Assembly: GCA_010093995.1 (NCBI GenBank)
Contig: ML992510.1
Coordinates: forward strand, 1,004,047-1,024,046
DNA: 20,000 nt
From: Elsinoe ampelina
Lineage: Eukaryota
Direction: 5' to 3'
Under the pieces are notes generated by a model. That model was not told the DNA's origin, ran no database searches, and saw only the letters and a list, made by a program, of their open reading frames with translations. Position numbers and translations under genes: made by a program. Below, one piece after another: positions 11,735 to 20,000 of this stretch. Position 1 is the first letter of the stretch, and every line of letters starts with the position of its first letter.

Positions 11735-12050
11735 CAGGTGTCGCTCACATTTATTCAAGATTATATGAGCAATGATGCCCCGTACTCCTCCCCCATCCAA
11801 GCTAAGTATACGTATACCTGCGGTTAGTGGTATTAACCTGATTATCTTGTCCGCGGACGAAGATCGACAGAGCATGTAACGCTATATTCGATATGCATGT
11901 TTTTTAGTCCTACATCGAGCGCTAAAGATCTTTACGCAGCTGTTGTAAAAGGAATGCTCGCATTTAAGCTACTTCTCTAGAGAGCAATATAAGCAGCATA
12001 GACAAGTCTAATTACTAAAGGTATCTTATAGGAACTTATTAGTTTAAATA
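11735..12050 (-). pseudogene. Patatin-like phospholipase (fungal Cys-cluster + patatin type) fragment, RIP-eroded and 3'-truncated
   Basis: One frame reads FSN*TCLCCL..S(P)EK*LKCEHSF..SCVKIF...MLCR...IRLIP(P)TAGIRILSLDGGGVRGII (patatin DGGGxRG motif preceded by a Cys cluster). No GxSxG catalytic motif was found downstream. Upstream extent into the AT-rich DNA is uncertain. Confidence 0.8.
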
Positions 12051-12557
12051 AGTTAGCTCTATATCTAATATAGTAGAAAATCTAATATACCTTAGTATAT
12101 TAGTAATATAGACTCGTTTCTATATATACTACTAGAGTACTAATATACTATACTAAGTACTAATAGTTAGTTAATTCTATAGACTACTAGAATAACTACC
12201 TAGGTGTAGATTACTACTAGTTTAAGCTTAATAAACTACTTCTTAGTTAGTACTACTATTACTTCTAGCTATAGTTAGTATACTTATACTAACCTTATTA
12301 TCTAGAATTAGAATAGAACTATAATTCTAATTATGCTCTCTAATGTTAATAGTTATAATAGAGTATCTAGATAGAGTAGATATAATGTCTCTAAGATAGA
12401 GAAGCAATAGAGAAGAAGTATATACTATATAAATATAATAACAAATTTCTAACCTCTCTATAGAAGGTTAGAAACTACTACTATATATACTATATAGGAT
12501 TATAGCTAGAATAACATATCTCTAACGTCTGTCTACTAGCTATAAGTTTATAGTTTC

Positions 12558-12787
12558 TATTATAATTGCCTTCTTCTCTATAGGCCTATTCTTAGGCTAG
12601 TCTCTTATTAAAACCCTCTAGTAGTAGAGAAAGAGTAGACTACCTTTAGAGTATCGTTACGCTATATATAGAAGTCTATATATAGAGTCTTAGTATTAGA
12701 TAAGAAATATAAAGTGTAGCTCTACTTAACTTTATATATAAATTTGCCTTACTTAGTATATATAATAATATTATTCCCTTATCTCCT
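12558..12787 (-). repeat. Tentative PPT plus LTR of a third LTR element
   Basis: Minus-strand purine tract AGGAGATAAGGGAATAA (12787-12771) followed by TATTAT (RIP form of TGT...) and a TATATAAA box. The left end (12558) is a guess from a RIP-form terminal repeat. Confidence 0.35.
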
Positions 12788-13086
12788 AGCTACTATTATA
12801 CTAGCTATAATAATAATTAGTAAGCTACCTTATTTCTTCTTATATTCTTTATCTTATAATTAGTATAGGAGCCTTCTATTATTTATAATAATAGGATAAT
12901 AGAATAATAAAGTGCTTTAATATATATATAAGGCTTTTCCCTTATTAGAATACTTCTTCTCTTTCTTCTAAAACTCTTTTACTAAAGTATAGCTTTTTTC
13001 TCTCTAATTTATACCTTATACTAACTTTCTCTAGTATATCTCTAATATCTCGTTACTCTCTCTCTACTATTAGAAATCTTTTATTA

Positions 13087-13861
13087 ATATATCTTCTCTA
13101 GTAAGTACCTCCTCTAGTAATTAAGTCTATAGTTAAATCTAGTATAAAGGTACTTTACTATTATCTCCTAGTTACTTTAACTCTATCCTTATTAAGGGGA
13201 GTTCTTATGTTAACTACCTTAAGCTCTCTACTAAATATATAATATTAAATAACTCTAACTTTACTAATAACTCTTACTACTATAAGGAGTAGAATAACTA
13301 TACCTTCTACTAGCTCTATAGGCTCTACTATAATAGCTATACCTTTATAGGTCTAATATCTATTCTATATTAGAGTAATACTAATATTCCTAGTTTTCTA
13401 AGCGCTATAATACTAAGCTCGATACTACTAGAATTACCTATAAGGCTATCTATATCTACTATTATAATAACGAAGATAAGTACTTAGCTACTATACTCTC
13501 TAATAAGTAGTATATTTATAGCACCTACGCTATAATAGCAAGATATATTACTACTCTTAAGGCTAAATATATTTCTACTAAGAAGAAGAGAAAGAGAGAA
13601 GAATCTAACTCTAATAATAATTTACCTATAACCTATAAGAACTTTACTATCTTACTTACTAGTAGCTAAAAGACTAACGAGTTATTAGTAAGAATTATTA
13701 GCGCCTAGTCTACTAGGAAGGCTCTTACCTACGCTACTATACTAGCCTCTAGTAGTACTACTAGTAGAGCTTAAGAGATTTAGAGAGTTAGAGTAGTTAC
13801 TAGTATAGTCTTTAGGTTTCTAAGTATAAGTATAGGTTTCTTAGTTAATATAATAGCTTAG
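13087..13861 (+). pseudogene. RIP-degraded ORF of unknown function, antisense to the surrounding LTR elements
   Basis: Frame from 13173 runs ~230 codons with roughly ten TAG/TAA stops and codon-like periodicity. Upstream are a TATA run (~12920-12931), a CT-rich leader, candidate ATA(<ATG) starts at 13087/13089, a GTAAGT donor at 13101 and an acceptor at 13171. Confidence 0.4.
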
Positions 13862-14288
13862 AGCTATTAGAGATAGATTTTGCCTTTTAGAGTTTATAGA
13901 GTTTTTTGCTTTCTACTTCTTCTTTTTGCCTAAGTTTCTTATTTTATAGCCCCTAGTAAAGCTATAGCTCTTAGATTGCTCTTACTTCTTTATTAGGGGC
14001 CTATTATCCCCTTAGGTATTATTATATTATTATATTATTAAGGGTCTATTATTAAGGTAAGTATTATTAAGAAGAGTATTATTATTTAGATAATAGAGAA
14101 GTAATATATATATACTATCTTCTCTCTCTTTTCCCTTAATCTCCTTAGACTTCTTATTCTCTCTATCTACTTAACTTCTATACTATAATATTAAAATTCT
14201 ATAGTATTATAACCTACTATATCTCTACTAATTAGATTAATAACTCTAGCTACGCTATATCCTTTAAGTCTCTAGAGATTACTAATAT

Positions 14289-17230
14289 TATTATAGATAA
14301 TTATAGCTAGTAAGATAAGAGTTTAATTATGTCTATTTATTAAGATATTAAGACTTAGAAGAAGAAGAAGAAAAGCTAGTATATAAAGTATATATAATAT
14401 CGAGGGCGGAGTAGCTAAAAGCCTAGGCCGTAATACTAAAATTATATAACTAATCTAAACTAGATCCTAACTAAATCTAGTTTGTATCTATCTCGTATTA
14501 CTACTCTCTCTCTTAAGCGCATTTACTCTTAAACGCTATTATATATTATTTATTAATCTATTTTAGCCTTAGCTTATCTATGTAAGAGTCTAGATAGTTA
14601 CGTAGCACGTTAGTTACTCCTTTAAGGTTATTAATTAGCTACTAGATAAGATTCTCTAGATAGCTCTTCTAGCTTATATAAGTAACTAGCTTCCCTTATA
14701 GTAAGTATATATTAATTACATCGTCTACCTTATACTTCTCTTTACTATTAACCTCTATCGGAGGTAGTTCTTTAAAGACTTAGCCTAGTAAGGAGTTATT
14801 TAGATATTTAGTAAGAAGGTTAGTATAAAACACTAGGTAGATCCTTTATAAAGAGGCTAGTAAATCGAGCCTATAAACTAATAGTAACTACTTCTTAAGG
14901 ATCTTATAAGAACTAATATACTTTAGTAGTAGCTTTAGATTACTCTATAGCTAAAGATTTTTCGTCGATAACTATACTAAATTACTAGCTTCGAACTCTA
15001 TTAGCTAGCAGTATTTATTAGCTTATTCTACTATTCGTAACTAAGTAATAGTAAGGTTAGCTTTAGTAATAGTAAGGGCTTCTTATAGTTGCTTAGTAAG
15101 CGCGCGAACATTAGCCTTATTAAGCTTAGCTCTTATTAATAGTACGTCGGTAGAGGGCTAGAAGCTTATTCTTAGCTTATATCCTCTAGTTGCCTTAAAT
15201 AGTAATAGTTTAGTACTTTTCGAGGGGTTAGCGTTTATAGAGAACTCTATAACTAGTAAGATAAGAGTCTAATTACTAAACTATATTACATAGGATTAAA
15301 TAACTTATTTAAACTCTCGGTTTATAACTTCTAATTAGCTATCTATTTAAGAGTAGCTAGTAGTAGATAGCTTAGCTATAATCTTTAGAATCTAGTAGAG
15401 TCTCTTCTATACGTCGCTAACGAACTAAGGGCCGTAGTTAGAGGTAATACTATCTAGTAGACTATATAGTTTCTACACGTAGAAGAATAATAGCTTAGCT
15501 ATTTTAAACACTAATATTTCTCCTTCTCTAGAGAAGTAAGAGATTAAGTGTCGTTCCTTAGACAAGCGATTAATAATATATAGTACTACGTTATAGCTAT
15601 CTACTAAGAGTAAGCTAGTAACGAAGTCTATAGTAATATATTACTAAGGTCTTACTAGAATAGGTAATAGTAATAAGAGGCTAGCTAGTAAGCTATAGTA
15701 AGCCTTTAAGCGCTTATAGTTATAATAGTTAGTAACGAACCTCTTAATATTAGTATTGTACCTAGGGATATAGAAAGTAGACTTAATTATAGTAGCTGTC
15801 TTAGTAGCTCCTCTATATATATAATTCTTTAAAGTATAAACTCCTTAGATAACCTTCGTAGCTATAGAGAAAGGCACGATTAGTCGGCTATTAGTCTATA
15901 GTATCTCCTTTTTAATTGTAATATCGATTAATAGTAGCTATTTCCTCTTTAGAAAGACTTCTATTATATAGTAGATACTATAAACTGTCTTAAAATTAGA
16001 GTCTTATAGGTTAGCTTTAGCTACTTTATTAAAAAGAGGTAAAAGCTCTTCTATAGCTAAGATAGGTACTACGTAGATACCTAGTTTAGTAGCTAAAATA
16101 GGCACCGATATAGGTAGTAAAATAGAAGGCGAAATAGGTAATAAACTAGATAGTAAACTAGTTCGTAAACTAGATACTAAACTAGATCTTAGTTCGGCTT
16201 AGATTAGTAATCTAGTTTAGATACAACCTAGATTTAGTTTGTTAATAATACGCTAATCTAGTACCTTATATAGTAGTAGTATCTAGCGTAGATTAGAGTC
16301 TTCTCTTAAATGTAGTATATTTCTATTTCTCCTCGTAAGTACGTTAGCCTTACTATTAGTAGCGCTAGGCCTATATATAATCTTAAAGTTAAACTATATA
16401 AGGTAGAGAGCCTAGCGCGCCTAGTAGCGTAATAGCTTCTAAGTCTTTATAAAGTGTATTAAGGATTAGTAGTTAGTAAGAACGTAGATAGCCTTATTAA
16501 ATTAAGTACTTATAAGCTTAAGAGTCTACTCCTTAAAGGCTTAAATAATAGCTAGTAGTTTCTTGTTATAGATAGTATAGTTATATTTAGCTTTATTTAT
16601 AGATTTACTAAAAAAGGTAATAGGCTAGAGAATATTAGACTTATTATATTATAATAGAATCCTAGCAGTAGTAGTATTAGAAGTATTAGTCTTAAGAACT
16701 ATCTATTTTAAGCAATTAAAGTATATAAGGATAGACGCACTTATAATAGTATACTTTATATAATTAAATATAGTAGTATACTTATCGTTCTATAGCTTAG
16801 TGTCCTTCTTAAGTAAATTATTTAGTAGCTTAGTAATAGTACTAAATCCCTTAATAAAGTAGTAATAATAGCTATAGAAACTAATAAAGCTTCTTACCTA
16901 AGTAGTATTACTAGGAGCTAGCTATTTCTAGGCTCTAATAGCTTTTACCTTCTTAGGATCTATCTTAACTCTATCTTAGCTAATAATAATACTAAGGTAC
17001 TTTACTTCTATAAGATAGAATTTACTCTTCTTAATGTTAGTATTTAGGCCTAACTTATAGAGCTATTAGAGCACTAGCTTAATATACTTAGTATACTCTT
17101 AGTAAGAGCTGTTAGTATAAATAAGAATATTATTAAGGTAGATTAATATAAAGCGCTCTAGTATATTAATAAAGTTATAATTTATAAATCTCTACTATAC
17201 TATAGAGGCGTTAGTATAACAAAGGTAGAA
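14289..17230 (-). mobile_element. Ty3/gypsy chromovirus element 1 (partial RT-RNaseH-IN-chromodomain + 3' LTR), interrupted in RT
   Basis: De-RIPed: RT YLDDILI (~17120-17140), RNaseH NYTIYDKELLAII (~16545-16585), IN PWQHITMDFVTGL (~15610-15650) and KLHGLPDSITSDRGPQF (~15420-15475), IHPVFH plus chromodomain EEYEVDDV...WKGYP (~14600-14845). PPT GAGAGAGAGTAG (14512-14501); LTR starts at 14500; left LTR end ~14289 is tentative. Confidence 0.9.
16143..16190 (-). repeat. Four degenerate 12-bp tandem units in the gypsy RNaseH-IN linker
   Basis: + strand units AAACTAGATAGT, AAACTAGTTCGT, AAACTAGATACT, AAACTAGATCTT. Confidence 0.7.
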
Positions 17231-17428
17231 TATTAGAGCTAGAAAGACAAGTATATAAGAGTAGAATAGGTGTTATACTAGTATACTCTCGATTATTGTA
17301 AGACTAATCTCTACTCTATCTATTCTATAGGCAAGAAGTGTTTTATTCTTCTATAGAGAATAGTATCTCTAGAGTAAGCTAGTATAGCGTACTTACTATA
17401 TTAGTTCTTATAATTATTCCTCTCCTTC
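17231..17428 (-). repeat. Probable PPT (17428-17413) and ~182-bp 3' LTR (17412-17231) of element 2
   Basis: PPT GAAGGAGAGGAATAAT, then TATAAGAAC (<TGTAAGAAC) ... AATAAA ... CTCTAATA (<CTCTAACA), ending where element 1 RT codons (LPF..TNA) resume. Confidence 0.6.
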
Positions 17429-18069
17429 GAGAGGTATACTCTTATACCTATAAGCCTTAATAAAACCTAGAAAACCTAGTATAGGAGAAAACTAAGAAAG
17501 AGTATCTCGCTAGTGTCTCTTAGGTATAGCGTACCCTTTATATATATAGCGTACTTATAGTAGCCTATACTATTCTTCGTATACTAGATATAGTAATAGT
17601 AGTATAATTCTTTATATATAGAATATAGCGCTCTTATATTATTATTTTTATATATAAGAATCTACTTATTATTATATACTACTACTTATTATTCTTTAGA
17701 TTAGTCTTAGCTTAGAGCTAGATATATATTTTTTTCTTCTTCTTCTCTTCTTCTTTTCTTCTTTATAATACTTTCTTTATATAAGTATTCTACTTAATAC
17801 TAGCTTTATACTTATATAGGTCTAATACTATACTAGTAACCTATTTTAGGTGCTATATAGTATAGACTAGGTCTTACTAGCCTAAGAGCTAGTAGGGGAG
17901 GCTTAGTATATATACTAAGCCTACGCTACTATAGATCTAGCTATTAGGCTTATCTATTTAGTTGTTTATTTACTAATCTAGTATAGCACCTATATAGTAA
18001 TTTTTTTTCTCTTTGTTATTCTAGCTCTATACTAGCTTACCTCCTATATACTTATATACTTTAACAACT

Positions 18070-18940
18070 ATAGCTCCTAAAGTTTCTAAGAAGTAAGTAT
18101 TATATATAGCACTTACGCTATACTAGCGCTAACCTTTTATAGACCTTATAAGAGCGATTTTACTAACTAGAACTAGTATTCTATACTATACTTACGCTAT
18201 GCTATTACTATTAATAAGTACCTCTAGCTTAAAGATAGTATACTTTCTATTAAGAATTTCTTCTACTAGATTACTAAGGCTAAGGCTACCTACTATAATT
18301 GTTATAGTTATAGTAATAAATACTACTACTAGGTATACTCTATACCTACGCCGCGTCTACTTTATACTAACCTTAGTAGCCTACCGAGCTTAACTCTAAG
18401 AATTAAGTTACTACTAAGAAGCTCTAGGATAAATACTTTACTATATATATACTACTCTATAACGACGCTACTACTTCTAAGAAGAACATTATTCTTCTAA
18501 AGCGCTAGATTACTACCTATACTAACTATATATATAAGAAGGCTAGTACTAAGTATACGTAGAGTAAGCCTAATACTAAGAGTAAAAGTAAGGTAGTTAA
18601 TAAGAGTAATAGTAATAGTATAACTTCTTTACGCTATAATAGCGCTATTACTATACTCTCTACTCCTAAAGTCGATACTAAGTAGCTAGTAAAGACGCTA
18701 CGCCTAGGTATAATTAGTAATATTAGCTTTATACTTAAGGCTTTAGCTAATTATATAAGTCTAGAAGTACGCCTCTATAACGCCTAAGCTACGCTAACTT
18801 CCTTATAGATAGTTACTAAGAATAAGTAAGCCGCTACTACGTAGGCGATTAATAACACTATAAGGGCGCTAACTAGGTATATTAATAGTATTAAGAAGAA
18901 TAATAAGAATAAGACTAAGGTAGATAATATAGATAGTTAA
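18070..18940 (+). pseudogene. RIP-degraded three-exon gene (~257 aa) antisense within gypsy element 2; exons 18070-18092, 18143-18332, 18380-18940
   Basis: ATA(<ATG) GCT CCT AAA start (MAPKVSKK); intron 1 GTAAGT..GCTAAC..TAG (50 nt); intron 2 GTATAC..TACTAAC..TAG (47 nt). Splice phases link the low-stop frames. Internal stops are all TAG/TAA. The 3' end is uncertain. Confidence 0.65.
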
Positions 18941-20000
18941 GATAGAAGAGACTAGAGCGCTACGCCTATACTATACTCTCTTTACTTTAGTATAATTCTA
19001 TAGTTTTTGCTACGCTAGTATTCTCTCTATGTAAGCTAATAATACTCTAAGCTAACCTAGCGCTACGCCTAGGTACTCTTTACTTTAAAATTTGTACCTT
19101 TAACTTATTAATCCTAAGTATATCTAGAGTGTTTAGCTAGCGCTATACTTATACTAAGCTACCTCGTATTTATATAGTAATCCCTTAGCATTTATAAGGT
19201 TTTTTACTAGCTCTTATATACTTTCTTCTATAGAGTAACTCTACTACTTTACTAGGTAGTATAGCGCCTTTAGGGTACTAGTATAGCTCTTATCGAAGAT
19301 ATATTTAATAATGTATTCTTCTTACCCTTTTACCTCTAGAGGTAGTAGGTATATACTCTTACTACGCCTATATAGCTCTAGTAGCGCGATGTTAAAGACG
19401 TTATAGATTAGCTTTATTTTATCTAGTAAGCGTAGCTTATATATCTATATACTAATTCGTTATATAATTATAAATAGGCTAATTTACTTAGCTAATAGCT
19501 TATAGCTAGGTCTAGCGCTATAAAGGTTCTTAGTACTAAGTATAACCTTATTACTATTATAGAAGACTTTTACTTATTAACCTTTATTATAGACTAGCGC
19601 TTAGTCTTTCTATACTTTATATAGGTATTAGGTAAGCTCTATATACGTTTTAGTAATAGATTACACTTAGTTATTAACTAACGAGTTATACGCTAGCGTA
19701 TAGCTAGGTAGCACTAGCGCCTTAATATTATTAAGTAGGTATATCTCCTACGTAAATAAGAACTATACTAGCGTAGTATATAGTAATGCTTAATATATAT
19801 TATTATACACAAATTGCGCCTACTTAACCTAGTATAGCTAGTCCGTCTAGTAATAGTTAATAAAGTAGCGTAGGTACTACTCTAGTGTTTAGTTTTACCT
19901 TTCGGTTTAGCTATCTATCTATAGATAGAAACTAGTACTAAGCTTATATTACGCCTTCTAGCGCTAGTATAGCGCACTCTAGAATTTGCTTATAAAGATA

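Larger units (their letters stand above)
11900..20000. other. AT-rich, RIP-saturated repeat block
   Basis: Strong TpA excess, near absence of CpA/TpG, and essentially no long ORFs; contains gypsy pol relics. Confidence 0.95.
17231..20000 (-). mobile_element. Ty3/gypsy chromovirus element 2 (IN + chromodomain, long 3' region, 3' LTR), probably nested in element 1; continues beyond the window
   Basis: De-RIPed [28 protein letters not shown] (~19860-19945), IGPF, IHNVFN and chromodomain YLVKWQGY...STWEP (~19190-19330). The sequence differs from element 1. The pol relic is confident; the left boundary depends on the LTR call. Confidence 0.8.

Noticed and set aside
14100..14140. Another purine tract followed by TATATA on the minus strand (possible PPT/LTR)
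   Set aside because: No supporting LTR end or partner; such tracts are common in this low-complexity block.
18199..18393. 64-aa hydrophobic ORF
   Set aside because: RIP artefact (Leu/Ile/Tyr-rich) in a different frame from the inferred spliced gene.
18955..18990. Alternative PPT/LTR start for element 2 at 18970 (implying a ~1.7-kb LTR)
   Set aside because: The purine tract is weaker than 17428-17413, which also gives an LTR ending exactly at the nesting junction. Not fully excluded; the antisense gene would be inside the element either way.

Overview
Filamentous-ascomycete (Pezizomycotina-type) genomic DNA with RIP (repeat-induced point mutation), at a boundary between GC-balanced gene space and an AT-rich repeat block. 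Left to right: (1) a frameshifted Upf1/DNA2-NAM7-like SF1 helicase gene lacking a visible Walker A (- strand, runs off the left edge); (2) a divergent 2-exon F-box-like gene (+); (3) a full-length, RIP-inactivated Ty1/copia element (4363-9712; 260-bp LTRs, AGTAT TSD, Ty5-type PBS, gag-pol in one frame); (4) an intact 2-exon secreted Cys-repeat protein gene (-), a candidate effector or cell-surface protein between TEs; (5) a truncated, RIP-eroded patatin-like phospholipase gene; (6) from ~11.9 kb, nested, heavily RIP-mutated chromodomain Ty3/gypsy elements (-). Top observation: after reversing RIP changes by eye, one gypsy element appears to carry a spliced, three-exon antisense accessory gene (18070-18940, inferred C-x2-C-x6-C plus acidic/helical region) between pol and its PPT/3' LTR. 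A second relic with a similar layout lies at ~12.8-13.9 kb. All de-RIPed translations are manual inferences and no database searches were run.
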